Positions 1-10,713 of a DNA stretch of 64,000 nt are shown one piece after another. Numbering within the stretch: the first letter of the stretch is position 1; each line of letters opens with the position of its first letter. The position numbers and the translations under genes were made by a program. The notes beneath the pieces were generated by a model. That model had not been told where the DNA came from, did not search any database, and worked only from the letters and a program-made list of their open reading frames with translations. This DNA comes from Macrostomum lignano (lineage: Eukaryota): positions 1-64,000 of the forward strand of contig NIVC01002903.1 of NCBI GenBank assembly GCA_002269645.1, read 5' to 3'.

Positions 1-351
1 TTTAGGAAAAACAAAAACTTTAAGAATTCAAACAAATTTTTGAACAAATAATTTTTTCGACTTCTTCTTTCGCAATCAATGCAACAAATGATTATATAAG
101 AACAGTAAGTGTATTGTTGTCAGCTACAGTTGAAGGAATATATGATACGCAAATTAGAAGGCAAAAATGCTGAAAAGAATTTCAGCTGCTTTACTACTGT
201 CAGTAGTGTGCACTTACACATGCTCCTCTCTTGAAAGTGAAGGAAAAAGTTATTCGCATTAATTTGGTTTTTAATTATCTCCGTCATAAGGTGGAAAACT
301 TCGCATTGTTCTAACTGGGTAGCTTCCCGTGTCTAGCGACTGAATAGATTT

Positions 352-1820
352 CTGATCTAGCCCACATGCATGAAGGATTAGAATGGATTACTGATCTAGC
401 CAATGTCGATGAAGGAATAGAATGGATTGCTAATCTAGCAAATATGGATGAAGGAATAGAATTGATTGCTAATCTAGCAAATATGGATGAAGGAATAGAA
501 TGGATTGCTAATCTAGCCAACATGGATGAAGGAATAGAATGGATTGCTAATCTAGCCTACATGGATGAATGAATAGAATGGATTGCTAATCTAGCCAACA
601 TGGATGAATGAATAGAATGGATTGCTAATCTAGCCAGTGTCGATGAAGGAATAGAATGGATTGCTAATCTAGCCAGTGTCGATGAAGGAATAGAATGGAT
701 TGCTTATCTAGCCAACATGGATGAAGGAATAGAATGGATTGCTAATCTAGCCAACATGGATGAAGGAATAGAATGGATTGCTAATCTAGCCAACATGGAT
801 GAAGGAATAGAATGGATTGCTAATCTAGCCAACATGGATGCAGGAATAGAATGGATTGCTAATCTAGCCAACATGGATGAAGGAATAGAATGGATTGCTA
901 ATCTAGCCAACATGGATGCAGGAATAGAATGGATTGCTAATCTAGCCGACATGGATGCAGGAATAGAATGGATTGCTAATCTAGCCACATGGATGCAGGA
1001 ATAGAATGGATTGCTAATCTAGCCAACATGGATGAAGGAATAGAATGGATTGCTAATCTAGCCAACATGGATGAAGGAATAGAATGGATTGCTAATCTAG
1101 CCGACATGGATGAAGGAATATAATGGATTGCTAATCTAGCCGACATGGATGAAGGAATAGAATGGATTGCTAATCTAGCCGACATGGATGAAGGAATAGA
1201 ATGGATTGCTAATCTAGCCAACATGGATGAAGGAATAGAATGGATTGCTAATCTAGCCAACATGGATGAAGGAATAGAATGGATTGCTAATCTAGCCGAC
1301 ATGGATGAAGGAATAGAATGGATTGCTAATCTAGCCGACATGGATGAAGGAATAGAATGGATTGCTAATCTAGCCAACATGGATGAAGGAATAGAATGGA
1401 TTGCTAATCTAGCCAACATGGATGAAGGAATAGAATGGATTGCTAATCTAGCCACATGGATGAAGGAATAGAATGGATTGCTAATCTAGCCGACATGGAT
1501 GAAGGAATAGAATGGATTGCTAATCTAGCCGACATGGATGAAGGAATAGAATGGATTGCTAATCTAGCCGACATGGATGCAGGAATAGAATGGATTGCTA
1601 ATCTAGCCGACATGGATGAGGAATAGAATGGATTGCTAATCTAGCCGACATGGATGAAGGAATAGAATGGATTGCTAATCTAGCCGACATGGATGAAGGA
1701 ATAAATGGATTGCTAATCTAGCCGACATGGATGAAGGAATAGAATGGATTGCTAATCTAGCCGACATGGATGCAGGAATAGAATGGATTGCTAATCTAGC
1801 CGATATGGATGAAGGAATAT
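352..1820. repeat. 39-bp minisatellite (ATGGATGAAGGAATAGAATGGATTGCTAATCTAGCCAAC)n, probably in CFAP299 intron 2
   Basis: Direct 39-bp periodicity, about 37 copies; the MDEGIEWIANLAN ORFs are translations of the unit. Confidence 0.95.
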
Positions 1821-2087
1821 ACTGAACTGCCAGATTGGCGAAATTTGATGGGGTAATGCCTAATGTGTCCGAAGCAATGGTAATGCTATTGTACAAATTA
1901 TTCCATATTCCAAAGCAATTAGAAACCCACATACTTTAAACTGATTTCGAAATTCGCAAATAGAAAAATCTCTGCTTAATAAAGAAGAAATGACGGGGCG
2001 AAAGTGCTTCACAAAAATGGCGCCCAAAGACCACTCTAGTACACTACTTTAATACAACGGTGTCCTTGAGGGCACACATGGACTCAC

Positions 2088-2418
2088 TTCTGCTGCGTCT
2101 GCTTCGATAGCTTGGCAGCCTCGGCGGCCTCCTTCCTAGCCGCGAATTCCTCCCGCTTGAGGACCTCGCCGCTGCCGCGGTAGCCGAGTTCCACAAGTTG
2201 GCGAGCCAGCTCCTCATCCTTCGGTTTGAGTAGATATGATTTGCCGTTTGAACTTCTTGAACTTTGCCGAAGATTGAAAGTTTTAAATAAAAGACTGCTA
2301 TTTAACTAACCTCAAGGTAGTGCAGGTCCAAAGGAGTGACCTGGCTGTCTAGAAAGTCCTCATAGGTGTTGAACTCTGTCACAATGCTGTCCGCACCACC
2401 AACTGCTTCGTCTTCCAT
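2088..2418 (-). CDS. CFAP299: Cilia- and flagella-associated protein 299 (C4orf22 family), coding exons 1 (2311-2418) and 2 (2088-2218); remaining exons lie left of the window
   Basis: Spliced translation MEDEAVGGADSIVTEFNTYEDFLDSQVTPLDLHYLE|DEELARQLVELGYRGSGEVLKREEFAARKEAAE matches the recalled CFAP299 N-terminus (IVTQFNAYEDFLDSQIT..DLYYLEDETLARQLVELGYRG). 92-bp GT-AG phase-0 intron at 2219-2310; GTGAGT donor at 2087. Not in the ORF track. Confidence 0.92.
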
Positions 2419-3898
2419 TGCTTACTGAAAAGATCACGTTTTTCTGTTTTGATTTTTTTAAATTCAGCAAGAAACATTGAAATCTCATTTTGGCTGCATG
2501 GCTTATTGAAAAAAGTATCCATTGTGTGAATTTTTTAAGAAAAAACTTTCTATTGTCTTTTTATGTGCTGTATGGCATTAAATTTGCTTTCTTCCAAACT
2601 AAAAGTCAACCAGATAAAGTCAGAGTTTGATGCTTTTTAAGATTAATGAGAAAAACTATAATAGTAGCTGAATTGCTTCTTTTTTATGAATTATTTTTAA
2701 GAGCTATTATCTATAAATTAAAGTAAGAACTATCTTACAAATTTTACTAAAGTGCAACATGCTTATATATTATGTTATAATATAACCTTATGTGATTAAA
2801 TATTCGCTATGTATTTTCATTGATATCCTCCATATTGCGAGAGAGTACTAATTCTGCCTATTCAGGATAAAATGTATATCTCGTTTTCTTATTTCGAAAA
2901 ATTCGTTGTCTTTTTACAAATAACTCGTAATCTCACAGTGTGAGTGAAAACTTGAAAGGCTGCGATAAAATTGATTGAAGTAGTAAAAAATAAGACCGTG
3001 CCTAATAATAATATAGCTAACACATTTCTCGAGGTTGGTAATCGACGAAATTATTAAGTACGCTTGTAAAAACATTTTAGGTTTAAAAACATTTATTTTC
3101 CTAACAATTAAAAACGAACATATTGCAAAAATACGCATGTCATTGCTTTTTAAATAGTGAGGCGTACTTGGAAACGAATTTGCTACTTAGTATAATAAAG
3201 TTTTATGTAGCTTTTATTATTAGACCTAAACTCTGAGAGTAATACATAGTTTAGAAGTAATATTAACCCATGAAAACGTGTTTTTTAGTTTTTCTTTTTT
3301 ACGAAACTTAGATACAGATCCACGTTGGCCTTTAAAGCTAAATTTTTTTCGAAATAGTCACTTTTCTGTTCTGAAACCATAAAATAATAAGGGTTTGAGC
3401 AGTTCAATAATGACAACTAACATTATGATGATTGATATTTTGTACACAAATAATGAAATACATTATTGCATTCTTTTAAATGCAAATCACAAAGCAACTT
3501 GAAGTTTGCGTATAAAAAAGGGTCTATAAAATTGCAAAATTAAAAACTATTATCTCTATTTTTATTGTTTATGTAAATCAAGGGTAAAATAGCTGATAAA
3601 TCATAAGCTTAACTGGCATAATTTTATTTGTATTTTAAGTATTAAATACTTTTAATACCTCTATAAAGCATTTCTGCCAATAAGTTTGTTTTAGTTTGCA
3701 CTTGGAATTACGTTTAAACGTCATCTGCTGACGATTGTTCAAGGAATATTCAAAAGCCTTCCAGCGACTTATACTAATGATACTAAGTATATAAACGTAT
3801 ATAGGTTGGGTGAGTTTAGAAAGAATATGAGAGAATAATACTGATAATACAGAAAGAGTATAGCATACGTGCTCGTACGTGCATGTGCAAGAATAAAC

Positions 3899-4640
3899 AT
3901 GAGTAGCGTGTGGAACTGGGTTGGATCAAGAATTTCAACATCCTTTAGCTACTTTCTTGAGTTATTCGGATTAAAAAATAAAAACGGTACGTTTCTAGTC
4001 ATCGGCCTGGATAATGCCGGAAAAACGACTCTTTTGCGAAGGCTGAAAGAAGGCACTATGGGCACGCCGGTACCGACCTGGTATTCGTCGAAGTATGAAT
4101 TCTCCTTTGGTGGCATCTACTTCACAGCTTTTGATGTCGGGGGACATGAACAAGTGAGAAAGGTTTGGCGAACCTATTTTCCAGCAGTGGATGCGATCAT
4201 TTTTATTGTTGACGCCTCTGACCATCAAAGGTGCGTACATGTTTACATGGACAACCGTGTGTACAACGGTTAAAGCTAATTAAATCACGAATGTAAAGTA
4301 ATAATTTTCTTTTGAAAAACCACCGAATCGCACCAATTCCAAAAGGTTCTCCGAGGCGCGCGCCGAGCTCGACTCGCTATTGTCCGACATCTCGATCCCA
4401 GCTGACGCGCCGCTGCTGCTGCTGGGCAATAAGATCGACCGGCCGACAGCAGCGTCAGAGGAGGATCTGCGTCGCTGGCTTGGCGTGCAGCACCGGACAA
4501 CTGGGAAGCAGCTGGCTCAGGCTGGCGCCGCTGCGGGCATCGAGTTCCAGTCTAGGCCAATGGAACTGTTCATGTGCTCCGTTCTGCAGCAACAGGGTTA
4601 CGGGGAAGCGTTTCGATGGCTGACCAGTCACATGCGCTAA
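3899..4640 (+). CDS. SAR1: Divergent SAR1-family small GTPase, 208 aa, 2 exons (3899-4230, 4346-4640)
   Basis: G1 GLDNAGKTT, G3 DVGGHEQVRKVW, G4 LGNKID, Sar1-specific RPMELFMCSV..QGYGEAFRWL C-terminus, N-terminal amphipathic helix; phase-2 GT-AG intron 4231-4345 joins the frames. Confidence 0.9.
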
Positions 4641-4995
4641 TCCAGAGACGAAGGCGACTAATCCATAGTGACCTACATGTAATATGCTCCATGCGTATGC
4701 ACGTTTTATTTGAGATCCTTTAGTTGCTAACGTAGCTGTTGTATTGCCCCAAAATGCACATACATGTAATTTGTAATTTGCTAGCTTGTAAACGAGAGGC
4801 GTCTATAAATTAATAATGGTACTTCAGTAGTAATCAGTAGCATTTAGACTCAATTGTAATTTAGAATCTGCAAATTTTGCAGTACACCTAAGCAAGAACC
4901 TAAGAAAAACAAATTACAGGCCTAAAATTTGCATTGCGGGCGTTTGGATGATGTAGAACGTAGAAATGACACAATCGGATATATCGTCTAAAAAT

Positions 4996-6050
4996 TGCTA
5001 TCTGGGGGGATGCTTGCTATCTGGGGGGATGCTTGCTATGTGGGGGGATGCTTGCTATCTGGGGGGATGCTTGCTATCTGGGAGGATGCTTGCTATCTGG
5101 GGGATGCTTGCTATCTGGGGGATGCTTGTATCTGGGGGATGCTTGCTATCTGGGGGATGCTTGCTATCTGGGGGATGCTTGCTATCTGGGAGGATGCTTG
5201 CTATCTGGGGGATGCTTGCTATCTGGGAGGATGCTTGCTATCTAGGGGGATGCTTGCTATCTGGGGGGATGCTTGCTATCTGGGGGATGCTTGCTATCTG
5301 GGGGATGCTTGTTATCTGGGGGATGCTTGCTATCTGGGGGATGCTTGTTATCTGGGGGATGCTTGCTATCTGGGGGATGCTTGCTATCTGGGGATGCTTG
5401 CTATCTGGGGGATGCTTGCTATCTGGGGGATGCTTGCTATCTGGGGGATGCTTGTATCTGGGGGATGCTTGCTATCTGGGGGGATGCTTGCTATCTGGGG
5501 GGATGCTTGCTATCTGGGGGGATGCTTGCTATCTGGGAGGATGCTTGCTATCTGGGGGATGCTTACTATCTGGGAGGATGCTTGCTATCTGGGGGATGCT
5601 TGCTATCTGGGGGGATGCTTACTTTCTGGGGGATGCTTGCTATCTGGGAGGATGCTTGCTATCTGGCGGGATGCTTGCCATCTGGGGGGATGCTTACTAT
5701 CTGGGAGGATGCTTGCTATCTGGGTGGATGCTTACTATCTGGGAGGATGCTTGCTATCTGGGTGGATGCTTACTATCTGGGGGGATGCTTGCTATCTGGG
5801 AGGATGCTTGCTATCTGGGGGGATGCTTGCTATCTGGGGGGATGCTTGCTATCTGGGAGGATGCTTGCTATCTGGGTGGATGCTTACTATCTGGGGGGAT
5901 GCTTGCTATCTGGGAGGATGCTTGCTATCTGGGTGGATGCTTGCTATCTGAGAGGATGCTTGCTATCTGGGGGATGCTTGCTATCTGGGGGGATGCTTGC
6001 TATCTGGGGGGATGCTTGCTATCTGGGTGGATGCTTGCTCTCTTGGGGAT
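4996..6050. repeat. 16-18-bp minisatellite (ATGCTTGCTATCTGGG[G]nG)
   Basis: Direct periodicity with variable G-run length; the GDACYL/MLAIWG ORFs are artefacts. Confidence 0.95.
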
Positions 6051-6132
6051 GTTTTCTATTTAGGGGGAATGTCTGTTATCTTCGTGAAACATTATGTTAT
6101 TGTCTTTCTGTTGTTTAGAAAAAAAGAAAGAG

Positions 6133-6166
6133 CAGGGACTACTCAAACATGTTTGAGTAGTCCCTG
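6133..6166. mobile_element. 34-bp TIR-only hAT-like micro-element
   Basis: Perfect palindrome CAGGGACTACTCAAACA/TGTTTGAGTAGTCCCTG flanked by the identical 8-mer AGAAAGAG (6125-6132 and 6167-6174); CAGGG termini and an 8-bp TSD are hAT hallmarks. Confidence 0.75.
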
Positions 6167-7174
6167 AGAAAGAGATTCATAGTAAACATCTGTGTCCGTG
6201 ACAATTGTACTCGAACAAGGTGATTTATAAAACTGAAGAAGGAATTGGTTCTTAAGAAAATGAGCTTTTTTAATTGTTTTCCATAAATAAGTTTTGCTCC
6301 TTGCTTATTGGGCGCCCCGAAGGGGGGCACTAGATTGCTAGTCAAGTACAAAAAACTAATGACACGAAAACTCCCCTCAAAAATATGATCTATTCTACGA
6401 GCTAGATATGTACCACACTAAAATCTGACCAAACGTTAATCAATAAAACACCACAATATTTTATCCATCCCAACAATTCGAAAATAATTGGCTCAAATCA
6501 GATCTACTACTTAAAAGGCTAAAAAACTACACATAATTGAGCTTGAAAGAAAATACACCTACATCCTTTAAGCAACTAATTTTAAATAAACAATTCGAAA
6601 ACATTTCTAAGCTCTCCGTTTGATTCAGTATATTGACAGCGCTGCCTCGATGAAGTCAGAAAGTTCTGAGAGTAGCGCGCGGGCTTTTGCGGCATGTGTT
6701 GTCAGGTAAATTGCGTCATACAAGTGATACATGCGGCTTGCAAAATAAGCATTGGATATAAGCTGTGACTCAAAGGTAATCGAGCGGCTCGAGAAAGAAG
6801 TGCGCGAGGACGAGCAGAATGTGCAAAATCTGCTAATAATCTCTTAGTAGCGAAATCTCTAGAGACGGCGAACCAGACGGCTCGAAATCTCCATAGGCAG
6901 AGGGTGCTGCTGTATTGTTTAATCAAAACTTCAGACTCGATTTTTAGCATCAATAATAAACATAATGATTAATAAAAAACCGTTTTCAATAGCATTGTGC
7001 GTAACCTTTTCACTAACCTCAGAAACGCATTATGCAACTGCTGATAAGGGTGCTGATAAGGGTAACAAAAGTGACTATTTTTCACACCTCTTACATGCTA
7101 CTTGTCAGATGCTTTGAATCTGATAAACTTGCATCAAAGGAAACCATACCCCACTCACAGTTGCGGTTGACCTG

Positions 7175-8087
7175 GGGCCCGTGCTATAGAATACTCTTAA
7201 CTCCTAAATCCTTAAGAGTGTCCTAACTCCTAGCTCCTAGCTGGCTTTTCTGTGCTATAGAATCAAGAGTAAATTTAAGAGCTAGGAGGCTCCTTAAGGA
7301 CGTTAGGAGACTCCTGGGTGAATTTAGGAGACCTCTTTAGGGTTTGTCGCGTGCTATAGAATAAGGAGCGGAGCGTAGGAGCTAGGAGCTAGGAATTGCC
7401 GTTTAGGAGTGAGTTTTAGGAGTGCGTGTCCTATAGAAGGAGCGAAACTCATTTCTAGCTCCTAACTCCTAGTTAAGACTTCAAGGGCCAAATTTCACTC
7501 TTAGGTTATAGTAGGATCGTGTGATTCGTTTCTTTTTTCATGTTTTCGGACAGTGAGCTAGGCTCCGACGATGAGGGAGCTAATGATCGGCGACCCAGAC
7601 AATTTAAGCAGAGGATTAACTTTTTTGAAGAATATAATACTGTGTCACGATTTCGGCTCAATGAGAATCAACTCTTGGCGACATTCAAGGATGACCTCTC
7701 TCCACATTTCAATCTTGAGTGCTTTTGTTATTGTTGGCGAAAAGGCACCGAAAAGGTACACGTCCTTTCGAGCCGCAATCGCTTTAAGAAACGCAACTTT
7801 TTGGTTTGCTTGCATTGTTTGAATTCACGAATTGCTCCTATAATTACTCCTTAAGGTGCGTACATTTAGGAGTTTAATTAGCACGTAGATTGGCAGACTC
7901 CTTAGCCAATCGCCTTACACTCCTTAGAACTCCTCCTCACTCCTATGCTGCACTCCTTAAAACAACTCCTAGCTCCTAACTCTTGATTCTTGAACTCTAT
8001 AGCCCACAAAATCGATTCGCTCCTTGCTAGGAGCACTCCTGACTCCTAACTCCTTACTCTTTGCTCTTAAATCTATAGCATGGGCCC
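7175..8087. mobile_element. Non-autonomous PIF/Harbinger deletion derivative (913 bp)
   Basis: 16-bp TIRs GGGCCC(G/A)TGCTATAGA with 1 mismatch; 3-bp TSD CTG; many TAGGAG/CTCCTA subterminal motifs. Internal + fragment RPRQFKQRINFFEEY..SRFRL resembles a Harbinger transposase N-terminus; internal - ORF 7645-7815 (FLKAIAARKDVYLFGAFSPTITKALKIEMWREV) resembles the Myb/SANT-like partner. Confidence 0.88.
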
Positions 8088-8360
8088 CTGGTCGTCAAAA
8101 CTGCATATGAGCGTGTTTATGCTCCAATTAGTCGTGTCGTGTAAAACGAAGGGAAGTGACAGGCTATTTTTATATGCTATGCAATACAGTCGAGTATATT
8201 TGCAGTTGCTTTAAAAAAACAAATTAACGCACGCACAGCAGAGATTTTGAGTGACTAAAACAAAAAATCATAATATTGCTTTTAGTTTAGTAACAAGACC
8301 AAATACAGGCAGCGTAAAGAACCGAGTCCTTAAAGGGTGATGAGAACTGACCACGACCAG

Positions 8361-8822
8361 TTAAGATTCCGGGAGAAGATTCTGAGGGAGGGAGCGGAGG
8401 GGAAGATCAGATCGCACATTGATAAGAGATTCTCAAGTTTACATGTTCCATGAATGTTTGTTATTGTGTTCACAAGAAGTAATCAAGTCAAGCATTTACT
8501 TGAAGCAATTAGTACTTCAGTTAGATATAGAAACTCGCACAATGTCTTCAACAGTGATCGCCTTTGGCTGACTTCCAAATCGACTCAGTAGTTTAGCGGA
8601 AGCCGCCAGCGTTGCCAGAGTTGGTCTCGGCGGAGGCTGAGGATGGGGCTGAGGCTGATGGTGCACCCCTGCGCCCTCTCTGGCATTACTAGCCGGTTTT
8701 TCCGAGATGAAGCTGACTTCGGTTACGCGGCTATCATTGTGATCAAAGTTCTGCTGGTTGCTCTCATAGTCCACGTCGTCATCGATGGCGGCGCTCTCCA
8801 AGTCTGTGTTCGGCTTGGCCAT
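8361..8822 (-). CDS. Unidentified two-exon coding segment (8541-8822, 8361-8381); small gene or distal TTLL10 exons
   Basis: ORF MAKPNTDLESAAIDDD...AITVEDI, donor GTGCGA at 8540, strong pyrimidine acceptor CTCCCTCCCTCAG before 8381 giving NLLPES*; no recognisable domain. Confidence 0.4.
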
Positions 8823-10277
8823 GCTTGGTTGTGGCTTGGTGCTGGTGGACTTGGTTGTTCTGGTTCAAATTCCGATAAAATGCTGGATAAGTTACCCCGC
8901 TCGATATCAGACTAGCCTATAGAGGTCGGTCGATTCCTTCAAGGCCAATCGATATTAACAGGGGTGGGTGAACTAAAACGTGTACATTCTTGCAATGTAC
9001 ATCAAACGCACTAACCTTGGCTGTGAAAAGCGGCCTGTCCAACCGCCAAATTAGTTCAGTAGCTTGCTTAACCCGACTGACACGACGCCACCCCCTACTC
9101 CCACCGAGAATGTACATGCAGAACTTTGTGTACATAGTCGGCGGTAAGGATTAATTTCCCTCAGAGCTATAAATAGAATCATTCACTTCAGTTGAACAAC
9201 CCTTGACCTTGGCCTTGAGCCTTTGAGTAAAGACCATTTGCAAGCCATTTAACTTTCTTTAGAAGTGCAATAGCCCCAGTAATATTACATTAGATTCAGC
9301 AACATTGAAAACCGCCGCCCTAGACCCAGTGCACCTGAGTGAGAGTTGAAAACCTTCTGTCATATGCAGTTTAGTGAGCTGAAGTCGATCGCTCTGCCAA
9401 TGCTCTAGGGTGTTGGTTTTCAATGTTGCTGAGTACGCTCGCATGTATGCCAAAATCTTTTAAAAGCTTTGAATAATAAATTTACTACTGCTTGTTTATT
9501 TTTTTGAGAAAACAAGGAACTATTCTCTTCAAAAACCATAAAGACAAGATAAAGGAAAATCGCAGAGGAGCAACCAAAAAAACGCGCACCCAAAATGGCT
9601 TGAATTCACTTTCAATCGCAGCATTATTACCATTTGTACTTCGAGTAAAAAAGTAAAAATGCAAATTACACAAAGCTGCAGTTTGACATGTCACGCTTGC
9701 TACTTGTTGTAAGTAGTGCAATATGGAAGGACAATTGAAGCGCTAGCTTATTACAGATACACAGAAAAATTTTACGGAGCACAATACTAAACAGACTACT
9801 AAAAGTATCAGTATATTCTGCGTGCATAATTTGATTTTTAAAGCAGATTTTAATTCAATTAAAAATACCAGTCACGGGTCTCAAATTCGATTAAACTCCT
9901 TCATTGAATTGATATAGGGATGGCGATTTTTCGAAAATAATTATTATAGCTCCTATCGAGGACCGACAATTGGCAAGGGGATCGAACCAGGCATGCCAAA
10001 GTCGAGAAGCTCACTGTCTCATCGAAGTTTTTGCATGATTAAAAATGCTAATTTCTGCTCCAGCAGAAAGAATTAAAATGAGTTGGTTGACTTTGCGGCA
10101 AAATAAATTTTTTCTCAAGCCGATATCATTTCTTCTTGCAGAAAATTTTTCAGAGAGAAAAAGCTTGAATTTGCTTTCAACACCGTGAGTATAACATCTT
10201 TTATTGTTTCTCCTGTCGGCTGCCCTTGCCCTGCCTCCCTCGCTACTGTCCATGGCTGAATCGGTGGACCTACTCTG

Positions 10278-10650
10278 GCCTCATTTGCCCAGCGTATAGA
10301 TTGCAGTTGTCTATGGCCCAATCGATGGTGACCTCCTCTAGCCTCATTTGCCCAGTGTATACATTGCAGTTGTCTATGGCCCAATCGATGGTGACCTCCT
10401 TTAGCCTCATTTGCCCAGTGTATACATTGCAGTTGTCTATGGCCTAATCGATGGTGACCTCCTCTAGCCTCATTTGCCCAGCGTATAGATTGCAGTTGTC
10501 TATGGCACAATCGATGGTGACCTCCTCTAGCCTCATTTGCCCAGTGTATACATTGCAGTTGTCTATGGCCCAATCGATGGTGACCTTCTCTAGCCTCATT
10601 TGCCCAGTGTATACATTGCAGTTGTCTATGGCTCAATCGATGGTGACCTT
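10278..10650. repeat. 63-bp tandem repeat, about 6 copies
   Basis: GCCTCAT anchor recurs at 10278, 10341 and 10404. Confidence 0.9.
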
Positions 10651-10713
10651 CCCCGTCCTTGGCTTTGCCCCGGCTTGACAGTTCAAGAATGATCTAGCAC
10701 AGAAAGTGAATAA

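Noticed and set aside
6640-6905. Plus-strand coiled-coil-like fragments (VIERLEKEVREDEQNVQ; VAKSLETANQTARNLHRQ), vaguely SNARE-like
   Set aside because: Stops and frame changes prevent a coherent model, and the similarity is too weak to call a pseudogene.
8917-9135. ORF with YILGGSRGW resembling the TTLL10 YIGGSNG motif
   Set aside because: It lies downstream of the gene, the true equivalent is in exon 1/2, and the region looks like a 5'UTR exon and intron.
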